A stretch of 64,000 nt of DNA, taken from NCBI GenBank assembly GCA_964585945.1, contig CAZPGB010000014.1, positions 6,912-70,911 on the forward strand, in the 5' to 3' direction. The first letter of the stretch is position 1. Every line of letters starts with the position of its first letter. Origin of the DNA: an uncultured bacterium. Its GTDB lineage: Bacteria; Eisenbacteria; RBG-16-71-46; CAIMUX01; WJJG01. The notes beneath the pieces are model-generated. The model was not told the origin of the DNA. It made no database searches and saw only the letters and a list, made by a program, of their open reading frames with translations. A program made the position numbers and the translations under genes. Below, piece after piece: positions 19,777 through 29,034 of the stretch.

Positions 19777-20549
19777 GGCTCGGGATTGCGTAGCCTTCGT
19801 AGGGTGAACGTATCGGGGGGAATATCGGGGCCGAAGTCCACCGTCTGATACTCGAGCACCGTTCGGCGATCCTCTTTGGTCTGCGGCTCGAGAATCAGGC
19901 GCGCCGGGATGCGGCGCCCGTCGAACGTTTGGGTGTCTTCGAAGCGCATGATGCGCATCACCCGATCGTGCTCGTCGTAGTAGACCTCACGTATCGGCAG
20001 GTGATCTCGGCGTCGCACCTCGAGGCGGACCTTGTTCCAGACAATGGGACGGTCCTTCTTGGGAGTACACCGGATGGCGATCATCGCGGAGTCACGCTCA
20101 ACAATGGCGAAGCGATAGTCTTCGAGAAACGTGAATTCGCTGACCAGATCGTCGTTCTTGAAGTCGGATCCCATCCAGGAGCTCATCATCATCGATGGGG
20201 GCACCTTGATGATGCTGTTGGTTTTGGGAAGGTAGTTCCACATCTCGTCGCCGACGCGCAGCGTGCCCACGTCTCGCTCTTTCGCTGGGGAGGTGATGCG
20301 AATGAGGGTCTTGTCCATTCCCTCCGTCCACACCCGTAGCTCGAGGGTCCGGGTCCAATGCGGATGCTCGACGACCATCTTCAGCTCGGCGTAGCTCGAC
20401 TCACTCCGGTACAGCTCGTCGATGGACTGGACGATCTCGCGGGCGCGCAAGCTGTCGGCGGCGCCGGTCTGCGCGCCCGCGGGAGGGGCGGTCACGCGCA
20501 CCGCGATGATCACCAAAAAGACCCCGACGCAGGCATCGACCACGCGCAT
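19773..20549 (-). CDS. Outer membrane lipoprotein-sorting (LolA-like) family protein
   Basis: Signal peptide followed by a LolA-like beta-barrel-fold family sequence. The start ATG overlaps the stop of the upstream PRTase gene (ATGA). Confidence 0.65.
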   Translation of the reverse strand: MRVVDACVGVFLVIIAVRVTAPPAGAQTGAADSLRAREIVQSIDELYRSESSYAELKMVVEHPHWTRTLELRVWTEGMDKTLIRITSPAKERDVGTLRVGDEMWNYLPKTNSIIKVPPSMMMSSWMGSDFKNDDLVSEFTFLEDYRFAIVERDSAMIAIRCTPKKDRPIVWNKVRLEVRRRDHLPIREVYYDEHDRVMRIMRFEDTQTFDGRRIPARLILEPQTKEDRRTVLEYQTVDFGPDIPPDTFTLRRLRNPEP

Positions 20550-21169
20550 CACGCCGACTCCATCAGCATGCGCACGTCCTGGTCGTCCAGGTCCCGCCAA
20601 TGGTGGTACGCCTCGGCCACCGCCCGGAAGCCGGCCGGCGTGTAAAGCACCACGACCTCATCCGCGTGCTGTCGCATCCGGCGCGCTGCGCGCGGCCCCG
20701 CCACCGGAGTGGCCACGATCACCTTTGCCGCGGCCTCGTTGCGGCAGCACCGGACCGCAGCGATCATGGTCGAGCCCATTGCGATGCCGTCATCCACGAG
20801 CACCACGGTGCGGCCGGCGAGGGAGGGCAGGGGGCGGCCGCCGCGCAGCGCCTCGCGCCGCTCAGCGGCCACGCGCTCCTGGGTCTCGATGATCTGGTCG
20901 AGCGCCGCGCGGGACACGCAGGCCTCCGCTTCGGGGATGAGATAGACGTTGCCGTCCTCGGCGATGGCGCCGAATCCCGCTTCCGGGTTGTCCGGGAAGG
21001 GGAGCTTCCGCGAGATCAGCAGATCGAAGTCGGCCTCCAAGAGGCGGGCGGCCTCGAAACCGACGGGCACGCCCCCGCGCGGGATCGCCAGGATCAGGGG
21101 ATCCTCCGGCTGGTATTGCCTGAGCGCCGCGCCCAGCTTGTTGCCGGCGTCTCTGCGATCGGCGAACAT
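20549..21169 (-). CDS. Phosphoribosyltransferase-domain protein (COG1926-like)
   Basis: MFADRRDAGNKLGAAL N-terminus. VVLVDDGIAMGSTM PRPP-binding motif. Confidence 0.7.
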   Translation of the reverse strand: MFADRRDAGNKLGAALRQYQPEDPLILAIPRGGVPVGFEAARLLEADFDLLISRKLPFPDNPEAGFGAIAEDGNVYLIPEAEACVSRAALDQIIETQERVAAERREALRGGRPLPSLAGRTVVLVDDGIAMGSTMIAAVRCCRNEAAAKVIVATPVAGPRAARRMRQHADEVVVLYTPAGFRAVAEAYHHWRDLDDQDVRMLMESA

Positions 21170-21219
21170 GGGTTCCACGTGACCAAAATGCATATGTGCA
21201 CCTTCTTGGACGCCGCCGT

Positions 21220-21729
21220 TCAGCGCAGCACGCGCAGACAGGCGTCTACGAATGCCGGGATGTCATCGGGCATCCGGCTCGAGATCAGATTGCCGTCACG
21301 GACAACCGGTTCATCGCGGTATTCGGCGCCGGCGTTCTCGAGGTCCTTGCGGATCGACTTCCATCCGGTCACGGTTCTGTCGCGCAGCACATCGGCCGTG
21401 ATCAGCAACTGGGGACCGTGGCAGATCATGAAGACCGGCTTGTCGGCCTGCACGAACTCTTTCACGAAGGAGACCGCTGAGTCAAGAACCCTCAACCGAT
21501 CGGGAGCATACCCTCCCGGAATGAAGAGAGCGTCGAACTCCTTGGGATCGGCGTCGTCCACCTTGCGGTCAAGCACGGCCGAGTCTTGATTGCGCTTGCC
21601 CACGATCTCGATGCCGGCCTCCGGGCCGAGCAGCGTCAGTTCGTGACCCGCCTTGCGAAATTGCTCCGCGGGCTGCGAATACTCCTTGTCCTCGAAGAGA
21701 CGATCGATGAGTACGGCGATCTTGGCCAT
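21220..21729 (-). CDS. DJ-1/PfpI family protein
   Basis: ...FIPGG... and ICHGPQLL nucleophile-elbow Cys motif. Confidence 0.85.
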   Translation of the reverse strand: MAKIAVLIDRLFEDKEYSQPAEQFRKAGHELTLLGPEAGIEIVGKRNQDSAVLDRKVDDADPKEFDALFIPGGYAPDRLRVLDSAVSFVKEFVQADKPVFMICHGPQLLITADVLRDRTVTGWKSIRKDLENAGAEYRDEPVVRDGNLISSRMPDDIPAFVDACLRVLR

Positions 21730-21801
21730 GAGCGACCTCCCTCTGAAATGGCCGTCGGGTGACGGTTCGTTGTTGCCCGCATCGCTCAGTGCGGCGGGCC
21801 T

Positions 21802-22485
21802 CTAAGGCGAGGCGGTCAGGGGCTCGGACACCGTCAGGCGGCTGTTGATCTGGCGCACCCCGGCCGTGTAATGGGCGATTTCGGTAGCTGCGCGCACCGA
21901 GGCCTGCGAAGGGAGCTGTCCCCACAACGTTACCACGCCCTGATCCACCTCGACCTTGACCATGGTGGCCGCGACGAGCGCATTGCGATCGAGCGCCGCG
22001 AGGATATCCTCCGCAATGGCCTGATCGGACGACAGACGGGTGGGGACAATCGTCAGACGGTTGTCGACCTTGCGAACCCCGCCGGCGTACGAGCAGAAGC
22101 GACCGGCGAGATCCTTCTTCCAGTAGCTCGTCACTGAGCCCGAGAGTGTCACGAACCCGTCGCGGACCGAGACCTCGATCTCCTGGTCGCTCAGGCTGGA
22201 GTTGGATGTCAGCAGCGACTCGACCGTGGCCTTGATCTGCTCATCCGTGACCGGGCTGGCGGGGCTACCGGCCTGCACGACGATGCTGTTCTCTACCGTG
22301 TGCACTCCGGGGACATTCCGGGCATCCTCTTCCGCGGCCCCGACGCTCTGGTAGACGGGGACGGTGCCGCTCAGGCGGGCGCGTCCCTGGCGGACCTCGA
22401 CGGTGATTCGGGACGCATCGACCCGATCGTCCCAAACGAGCTGTTCGACGATGGTTCTCTTGATCTGCTCATCCGATAATTGCAC
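21802..22485 (-). CDS. BON-domain protein (three BON repeats)
   Basis: Repeats of ...V.V..G.V.LSG.V... Confidence 0.8.
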   Translation of the reverse strand: MQLSDEQIKRTIVEQLVWDDRVDASRITVEVRQGRARLSGTVPVYQSVGAAEEDARNVPGVHTVENSIVVQAGSPASPVTDEQIKATVESLLTSNSSLSDQEIEVSVRDGFVTLSGSVTSYWKKDLAGRFCSYAGGVRKVDNRLTIVPTRLSSDQAIAEDILAALDRNALVAATMVKVEVDQGVVTLWGQLPSQASVRAATEIAHYTAGVRQINSRLTVSEPLTASP

Positions 22486-22533
22486 GATTCCTCCCTGCGC
22501 ATGCGACGCGCTCGGCGAGCTCGACCGATGCGC

Positions 22534-22929
22534 CTACGAGACCTCGATGCTCTTGGAGCTCTGCCACAGGCCGTGGATATTGCACAGACTTGTGGCGTAG
22601 AGCGTGCCCGGCTTGTCCGTCTTGAACTTGAGCGCCATCTCATGGTGGGTATAGACACCGCTGGTGTCCGGGCCCTTGGCGGACTCGCCGTGGGCATGAA
22701 ACTCGGCGCGCCCGATTTGGTAGGGGAACTTCTCCTTCTCCGGATGGAAGAACACCTGGATCCAGCGGATGTGGTGCGCGGTCTCGTTCGGGTGGGCGAC
22801 TTCCTTTCCCAGCGTGACCGTCACGGGGAACATCGCGCCCTTCTCCACCTTGTCCGGTGCGTCGATGACGGGCACGTGCTTTTCGGTCTTCCAGTCGTCG
22901 CTTTGATAGAGTTTGCTGATGTCGGCCAT
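22534..22929 (-). CDS. Superoxide reductase (1Fe-SOR / neelaredoxin-type desulfoferrodoxin)
   Basis: KHVPVI, HPxxxxHHIRWI, CNIHGLW Fe-ligand motifs. RBS AGGAGGAA. The ORF-track N-terminal extension is not used. Confidence 0.85.
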   Translation of the reverse strand: MADISKLYQSDDWKTEKHVPVIDAPDKVEKGAMFPVTVTLGKEVAHPNETAHHIRWIQVFFHPEKEKFPYQIGRAEFHAHGESAKGPDTSGVYTHHEMALKFKTDKPGTLYATSLCNIHGLWQSSKSIEVS

Positions 22930-23172
22930 CTGAGGTTCCTCCTGTTCGAGCCAAACGTCCTGCCTTCCGCGCGAGCGCGAGAGTTGGTTCGCCAACCAGG
23001 CGGCGGACTTCTCCTGCCTACGCTCTGACGCCCAAAGCTAGCGAGCCCGGCCGCGCCGTCCAACCGGGGAGCCGCCCAACAGGACCCTGGGGGATGCCCC
23101 ACACGCCGAGTCGATTGTTGCGGGAACCACGGATTCCGCTTCCCATACAAATCTCGGGCTCGGTGGGTGGGC

Positions 23173-23218
23173 GGGACCGGACGAGCTTCTCTCGCGAGGA
23201 CAACCCGTTTCCGGTCCC
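23173..23218. promoter_or_regulatory. Long inverted repeat GGGACCGGA-N28-TCCGGTCCC with an internal CTCGCGAG palindrome, between the Hsp20 and SOR genes
   Basis: Read from the sequence. It is about 95 nt downstream of the hsp20 stop and upstream of the SOR promoter region. Confidence 0.35.
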
Positions 23219-23311
23219 GCCCCGTGGCGCTGGGATGGGAGTGGAAGAACCTGGGCGACGTTCATTCGAAGAGCGAGTGTACGCCGACCCGGGTCCGGAG
23301 GAGATGGCTGC

Positions 23312-23752
23312 CTATTTGATTTCGATGCGACTCTGCTCCGTTTCGCGGCTCTTCTCCATCTTCATGCGCAGTACGCCGTCTTCGAGTTTCGCGTCGACTT
23401 GCTGAGGGTCGACGGCGGCGGGAAGGGTCAGCAATCGCTCCACGCGGGCATAGCGACGCTCGTTGAGGTGGCGCGTGCCCTTGGGAGGCTCGGACTCTCT
23501 CTCGGCCATGATGTGCAGCTCGTTGCCATCCAGCCGGACCTCGATCTCGTCCTTCTTGAATCCAGGCATCTCGGCGTCCACATAGACGTTCTTGTCGTCC
23601 TCATTGACGTCGACCGGGTATTCCCCCCGCGGGAGGTCCTCAGGCAACACGGTCCCCCGCCAGGGCTCGAGCATGCGGCTGAACGCGAGCGGAACATAAT
23701 CGAACGGATCCGACCAACGTGACAGAGCTCTACGCCGGGGTGCTGGCAGCAT
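23312..23752 (-). CDS. Hsp20/alpha-crystallin family small heat-shock protein
   Basis: Alpha-crystallin domain (...YVDAEMPGFKKDEIEVRLDGNELHI...G.L.M...). Start at the internal ATG preceded by AAGGAGG. Confidence 0.85.
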   Translation of the reverse strand: MLPAPRRRALSRWSDPFDYVPLAFSRMLEPWRGTVLPEDLPRGEYPVDVNEDDKNVYVDAEMPGFKKDEIEVRLDGNELHIMAERESEPPKGTRHLNERRYARVERLLTLPAAVDPQQVDAKLEDGVLRMKMEKSRETEQSRIEIK

Positions 23753-23912
23753 AGAGACCTCCTTTCCGTGCAAATGCGAGTCGGCAACCCTCAAGACCGC
23801 CCCGGCGCATCTCTCGCATCTCTATTCTCTCTCCGGCCTCATTGTTGCCTCCGGCCTGCAACCGGCTCCATCCGGCCCAGGCTGGTTGCGGCGAGGGAAA
23901 CCGTCCGAGCGG

Positions 23913-23932
23913 TCCCTCGGGGTTCCCCGAGG
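23913..23932. terminator. Hairpin CCCTCGGGG-TT-CCCCGAGGG just after the S2P-protease gene stop
   Basis: 9-bp GC stem. Position consistent with a terminator or insulator before the hsp20 promoter. Confidence 0.4.
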
Positions 23933-23938
23933 GGAGTC

Positions 23939-25096
23939 TCAGGCAGCGAAGTTCCGGGGCAGGTCGTCTTCGCCCTCAAGTTCCAGCTTGACCGACAGGA
24001 ACCGCAGGAGGTCCTTCAGCACCAGGATGCCGTGCAGCTTGCCGCCCTCGGCGACGATGAGGCGGCTGATGTGGTTGCGGCCCATTCTCGCCAGAGCCTT
24101 GGTGGCGTCCGTGTCGGGCGCAATCGTGTTCGCATCCGAACAGGACTGGGCGATCTCACCGACGGTGTGCTGGCTCCATTCGGTGCGGGGCACTTCCTTT
24201 ACGTCCCGCGTGGTGACGCAGCCCACCAGACGATCCTTATCCACGACCGGGTACAGCTTGAAGTGATGGCGGTAGACGTAGTCTTCGACGAATTCGCCGA
24301 CGGACAGCTCGGGAGGAACCGAGACGGGATCGTTGTTCATGAACCGCCGGACCGACTCGCCCTGCAGCGCGCGCCGCACGAGGAGCTGCTGGTAACTCTG
24401 CTGGGCGACCGAGCGGATGAACAGCCCGATGAGAATCCACCAGAGGCCCCCGATCGGATTCAGCAGCAACAGGTTGACGAACCCCAGCGCCACCAGGGCG
24501 ATGCCGAACCCCGATCCGACGCGCGAAGCAGAATGGGTCGCGGCCCGCAGATCACCCCTCTTCTTCCATAGGATTGCCCGCAAAACGCGCCCACCGTCCA
24601 AGGGGTACCCCGGAATCATGTTGAAGACGACGAGCACGCCATTGATGTATCCGATCCATTGCAGCACGGCGTTGACCGTCGCAGGCCATCCCCACGAACC
24701 GCCGAGGGCTGAAAGCGCCAGGAAGAGGCCCATGATAACGACGCTGGCGGCGGGCCCTGCGAGTGCCATGCGCAGCTCCGCCTGAGCGCTGGGAGGCTCG
24801 TCGGTCATTTCCGCCACGCCGCCGAAGAGGAACAGGGTGATGCCTTTCATCGGGAGCCCCGACCGCCGGGCGACGAGAGAATGAGACAACTCGTGGACGA
24901 TGATGGAGAGGAAGAGTCCCACGGCCGCGATCAGGCCCATCACGCCGTACTGCCACCACCGTAGTCCTTCGATCTGCTCGGGGAACACCCCTGCCGCGAG
25001 CGACCAGACCACCAGTCCCAGGATCAACAGCCAGCTCAGATCGATTCTCACGGCGAAGTCGAACATCTTGAAAAGCGTGATTCGCTTGCCGAACAT
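23939..25096 (-). CDS. Site-2 protease (M50) family zinc metalloprotease with a C-terminal CBS domain pair
   Basis: HELSH zinc motif in a TM helix. Multiple TM segments. Tandem CBS domains at the C-terminus. Confidence 0.85.
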   Translation of the reverse strand: MFGKRITLFKMFDFAVRIDLSWLLILGLVVWSLAAGVFPEQIEGLRWWQYGVMGLIAAVGLFLSIIVHELSHSLVARRSGLPMKGITLFLFGGVAEMTDEPPSAQAELRMALAGPAASVVIMGLFLALSALGGSWGWPATVNAVLQWIGYINGVLVVFNMIPGYPLDGGRVLRAILWKKRGDLRAATHSASRVGSGFGIALVALGFVNLLLLNPIGGLWWILIGLFIRSVAQQSYQQLLVRRALQGESVRRFMNNDPVSVPPELSVGEFVEDYVYRHHFKLYPVVDKDRLVGCVTTRDVKEVPRTEWSQHTVGEIAQSCSDANTIAPDTDATKALARMGRNHISRLIVAEGGKLHGILVLKDLLRFLSVKLELEGEDDLPRNFAA

Positions 25097-25302
25097 CCGT
25101 CACTCCCTTCCTCAGTCCTCATCGCGAGCGCAGCCCTCATTGGGAGCGCACCTTCCGTGAAGAGACCCGTCGAACAGCCATGAGAATCGGGAATCGGGCT
25201 GCGCTCGCGGCGAGGTTGTTGGTCTCTTCACCATCATCAAACAAGTTGGCAGTTGTCCGAAGCCCTCTCAATCGGTGTGCGGCCGCGCGCACCCATGGGG
25301 AA

Positions 25303-25328
25303 CGACCTGATCCACTGCGATCAGGTCG
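25303..25328. promoter_or_regulatory. Perfect 10-bp palindrome CGACCTGATC-N6-GATCAGGTCG in the divergent promoter region upstream of the response regulator
   Basis: Read from the sequence. Candidate operator for a dimeric regulator. Confidence 0.4.
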
Positions 25329-25595
25329 GAGAACAGAATGGGGCACCGCGGGCAAGGGGAAAGGGAGCGCCACGGGGTAGGGGAATCCCCCAAATCTGGC
25401 TCACCAGTGCTCTAAGTGACGAAATACGGTCCCATTGGCGGACCTACACGTCTCGCGCACTGGTTCTCGCGCCCCGGCTGCGGTAGACTGTGGCAACCGA
25501 GATAGGAGTGATGAGATTTCGGGCGGCCGCTCGCGCACGCATGTCCGAGTCGGCGGCCAAGCTCCGGTTGAGGGCTCTAGAAGGGAGATAGGGCG

Positions 25596-26258
25596 ATGCG
25601 CAGCCAAATTCAGAGTCGCACGAAGGTCTTGCTCGTCGACGATCATCCGATCGTTCGCAGGGGATTGGCCAAGCTGCTGGACGAGCGTACCGGGATCGAG
25701 GTCGTTGGTGAGGCCGGCGACGCCGCCGAGGCGCTCGACCACATCGCCAAGAACCGCCCCGATCTGGTCATTGTCGACATCTCCTTGAAAGACGTGGGCG
25801 GGATCGAGCTCATCAAGCAGATTCGCGCCTTGGACAAGGACATCCGTTTGCTCGTCTGTTCGATGCACGATGAGAAGCTCTACGCCGAGCGCGTGCTGCA
25901 GGCTGGGGCTCTGGGCTACATCAACAAGGAAACCGCGACTGAACGCATCTTCGACGCCATCGAGCAGGTGATGGCCGGCAGGGTCTACTTGAGCCCCGAG
26001 ATGTCCGAGCATCTTCTGAGCCGCATGGTCGGCGGCGAGCCGGCATCGGACAAGACCTCGATGGAAACGCTCTCCGATCGGGAGCTCGAGGTGTTCGAGC
26101 TCATCGGCCGCGGCATGACCACGCGCCAGATTGCGGAGAAGCTGCACCTGAGCGTCAAGACGATCGAGACGTATCGCGAGAACCTGAAGATCAAGTTGAA
26201 CCTGGCCAACAGTCCGGAGTTGATCCGCGCGGCCGTGCAATGGTTGGAGACCCGCTGA
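25596..26258 (+). CDS. Two-component response regulator, NarL/LuxR family (REC + HTH)
   Basis: LLVDDHPIVRRGL...DLVIVDISL... receiver. C-terminal LSDRELEVFELIGRGMTTRQIAEKLHLSVKTIETYR LuxR HTH. No cognate kinase adjacent. Confidence 0.9.
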   Translation: MRSQIQSRTKVLLVDDHPIVRRGLAKLLDERTGIEVVGEAGDAAEALDHIAKNRPDLVIVDISLKDVGGIELIKQIRALDKDIRLLVCSMHDEKLYAERVLQAGALGYINKETATERIFDAIEQVMAGRVYLSPEMSEHLLSRMVGGEPASDKTSMETLSDRELEVFELIGRGMTTRQIAEKLHLSVKTIETYRENLKIKLNLANSPELIRAAVQWLETR

Positions 26259-26325
26259 TCCGGCGTCCCTGAAGCCCGGAAGCGTTGCGGGCGGTTCCTT
26301 GGAGATCCCTGGAGAGTCGTGGCTG

Positions 26326-26526
26326 TCAGCCGGTTCTCTTCACGACGATGGCCTGGCTGGGGCATTCGGCCGCGACGCGGATGCAGTCACGCTCGAGCTC
26401 CGGCGGAATGCGATCCACCTGAACCCGCGCCTTCTTGCTGCCCTCCTGGAAGCGGAAGATGTTGGGCAGCCGCATCACGCACACGCCCGCGCCGGTGCAC
26501 TTGTTCTGATCAACCCTGACTTCCAT
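26326..26526 (-). CDS. Ferredoxin (single-cluster, 3Fe-4S/4Fe-4S type)
   Basis: 66 aa. CTGAGVC...CP cluster motif. RBS AAAGGAG. 45 nt downstream of the GH65 gene on the same strand. Confidence 0.7.
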   Translation of the reverse strand: MEVRVDQNKCTGAGVCVMRLPNIFRFQEGSKKARVQVDRIPPELERDCIRVAAECPSQAIVVKRTG

Positions 26527-26571
26527 TTGCCAACTCCTTTGTCCGGCGCCGGCCGAGATTGAAGTGTCGCG

Positions 26572-29034
26572 CTACGAGCTCCTGTTTGACGTGGACTCCG
26601 CCGCGGTGGTCACCGGCTCACCGCGACGTCCGGGCAGCTCGAACGTGATCGATTGCCCGGCCCGCAGGCGGGACTGCTCACCGCGACAGACAACCCGAAT
26701 CGCTCCCGCATCCTTATCTCGCGCGGTGATGGTAACCTCTCGTTGCGAGACGTGCACCCTCAGAGATTGCTTGCGATAGCGCATCGAGAACCTGAGCGAA
26801 TCGATGCCTTCCGGCAGTGCTGGATTGAGCCAGAGCGTGTCGCCCCGGGTTTCGATGCCCGTGTAGTTGCGCTGGACCAGGTCGACCGTGCCGGCCATGG
26901 CGCCCAAATGAATGCCCTCCGGCGTAGTCCCGCCCTGGATGTCGGCGATGTCGGCTTCCAGCGCTTCATTGAACAGCTCCCAGGCGCGGTGACGGTCGGA
27001 CCGGGCCAGGACCCACGCATGCACGACATGGCTGAGCGTCGAACCGTGCGGGGTGCGCTTCAGATAATAGTGAACATTGCGGGGAATCATCTCCGGTTCC
27101 CAGGGCAGATTGAGGCGTTCGAACATCTCCTCCAGCTCCTCGGCCGAGAAGAGGTAGAAGAGCATCAGGACGTCCGCCTGCTTCGACACCTTGTAGGCAT
27201 TGGGGGAATCCCCCTCGGCCTCCAGGATGCGATCCAAGCGCTGGATGTTCCCATAGCGCTTGCGGTAGCCTTTCCAGTCGAATTCCTTCAGGTCTCGGTA
27301 TCCCTCGAACTGGCTGATGATGCCGTCTTCATCGATGATGACGCGCAGCTTGCGGCTGATCTCGGCCCACTCCTCAATCTCGGCGTCGTCCAGCTTCAAC
27401 TTGTCGCGGATGGCGGAGCAGCACTCCTCGGGCAGAATGCCCAGGACCTCGAGCGCGCGGCAGAGCACCCAGGCCGCCATGACATTTGTGTAGGCGTTGT
27501 TGTCCAGCCCGGGCTTGTCCGAGCCAGGGAGCTTGTCATGGTATTCGTCGGGCCCCATCACTCCGCAGATCTCATACCGGTCGAGCGCCGAGTTGTACGT
27601 GGCCAGACTGGCGAAGAGCCGGGCGATCTCGAGAATCATCTCGGCGCCGGTCCAGATCAGAGATTCCCGATCGTCGGTGACCTGGTAGTGCTGCCACACG
27701 TTGTAGGCGATGGCCGCATTGACGTGCCGCTGGAGGTGGGTGTTGTCCCGGATCCAGTGCTTCGACTTGGGGTTCAGGTGCAACACCTGGCTCTCCTCGC
27801 GACCGTCGCTGCCGCTCTGCCACGGGTACATGGCCCCGCGCAGCCCTGCTGCGCGCGCCGCCGCCCGGGCTTCTTCGAGCCGCCGGTAGCGGTAGCTCAG
27901 AACGGCCCGAGTGATCTCGGGCATGCGGAGATTGAGGATCGGCACGATGAACATCTCGTCCCAGAAGATGTGCCCGCGGTAGGCCTCGCCGTGCAGGCCG
28001 CGGGCCGGCACGCCGACGTCGAGACCGACGATGTTGGGAGAGGCGGTCTGCAGCATGTGGAACATCTGCAGGTGGAGGACCATCGACGTGTGCATGGTCT
28101 GCTCTTCGTCCGACCCCCTGAGCTCCAGATCGAAGCGGTGCCACAGATGAAACCAGGCGGTGGCCTGCTCCCGAGCCAGCACGTCGAAGCGCTTCACGCG
28201 ACGCAGCTCCTTGACAGCCGCCAGGCTGCATTCCGAGATGGCGTGGTCACGAGACGTGTAGAGGGTCACCCGCTTCTCGACGACGAGCGTCTTGCCCTCC
28301 GCCACGTGTCCCTGGAAATACTGGGCCACGTAGGCTGCCTCTCCGGCAACGGTCTCGGGCCCTGAGAGGGATTGCCCGTCGACGTTCGCCCGTGTACGGG
28401 CCGCTTGAGCAATCTCGATACGGGACTGATTGGTGCGCACCCGCAGCAACATGCCGTCGTCCAGCGGCCGGGCCTCGAGGGGCTCCAGGTGCTTGCTCTC
28501 CAGCGCGCGGTAGCGCGCCACACCGTCGTTGATCACCCGACCGTCGAGCGCGGAGCGCACCTGTACCTCCCCGGACCAGTTCTCCGGGGTGAAGGCGATT
28601 TCGAGCGCGCCCACATGGGGGTTCTCCATGTGGACGATGCGCCGAGCTTCATAGCGCGTGATGCGTCCTCGGTCGTCACGGAAGCGAATCTGGCGGCGCA
28701 ACATCCCCTTGCGCAGGTCGAGGTCCTGTCGATAGGAGAGCAGCTCGACACTCTCGAAGTCGATCCACCCATCGCGCCCGATGCGAAAGGAGACCGGCAG
28801 CCAGTTGGGGAGGTTCACCAGGTCTTCGTTCTCGACGACGTGATTCTCGATCTCGGTCTGGCGGCGATTGTACCCCCCGGCCAGATAGGTGCCGGGGTAA
28901 TGGACGTCGTCGTTGCGAGACTCCTCCCCGGCGCCACGGGTCGCGAAATACCCGTTTCCCAGGGTGCAGAGGGCCTCACGCAGCTTCTCTTCCTCCGGGC
29001 GAAAGCCATCGTACGTCAGATGCCAGGTCGACAA
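26572..29034 (-). CDS. Glycoside hydrolase family 65 disaccharide phosphorylase (trehalose/kojibiose/maltose phosphorylase-like)
   Basis: About 820 aa with GH65 N-terminal, central catalytic (alpha/alpha)6 and C-terminal domains. Overlaps the upstream HAD fusion gene by 19 nt. Confidence 0.85.
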   Translation of the reverse strand: MSTWHLTYDGFRPEEEKLREALCTLGNGYFATRGAGEESRNDDVHYPGTYLAGGYNRRQTEIENHVVENEDLVNLPNWLPVSFRIGRDGWIDFESVELLSYRQDLDLRKGMLRRQIRFRDDRGRITRYEARRIVHMENPHVGALEIAFTPENWSGEVQVRSALDGRVINDGVARYRALESKHLEPLEARPLDDGMLLRVRTNQSRIEIAQAARTRANVDGQSLSGPETVAGEAAYVAQYFQGHVAEGKTLVVEKRVTLYTSRDHAISECSLAAVKELRRVKRFDVLAREQATAWFHLWHRFDLELRGSDEEQTMHTSMVLHLQMFHMLQTASPNIVGLDVGVPARGLHGEAYRGHIFWDEMFIVPILNLRMPEITRAVLSYRYRRLEEARAAARAAGLRGAMYPWQSGSDGREESQVLHLNPKSKHWIRDNTHLQRHVNAAIAYNVWQHYQVTDDRESLIWTGAEMILEIARLFASLATYNSALDRYEICGVMGPDEYHDKLPGSDKPGLDNNAYTNVMAAWVLCRALEVLGILPEECCSAIRDKLKLDDAEIEEWAEISRKLRVIIDEDGIISQFEGYRDLKEFDWKGYRKRYGNIQRLDRILEAEGDSPNAYKVSKQADVLMLFYLFSAEELEEMFERLNLPWEPEMIPRNVHYYLKRTPHGSTLSHVVHAWVLARSDRHRAWELFNEALEADIADIQGGTTPEGIHLGAMAGTVDLVQRNYTGIETRGDTLWLNPALPEGIDSLRFSMRYRKQSLRVHVSQREVTITARDKDAGAIRVVCRGEQSRLRAGQSITFELPGRRGEPVTTAAESTSNRSS

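Noticed and set aside
26653-28365. 570-aa plus-strand ORF
   Set aside because: Antisense to the GH65 phosphorylase.
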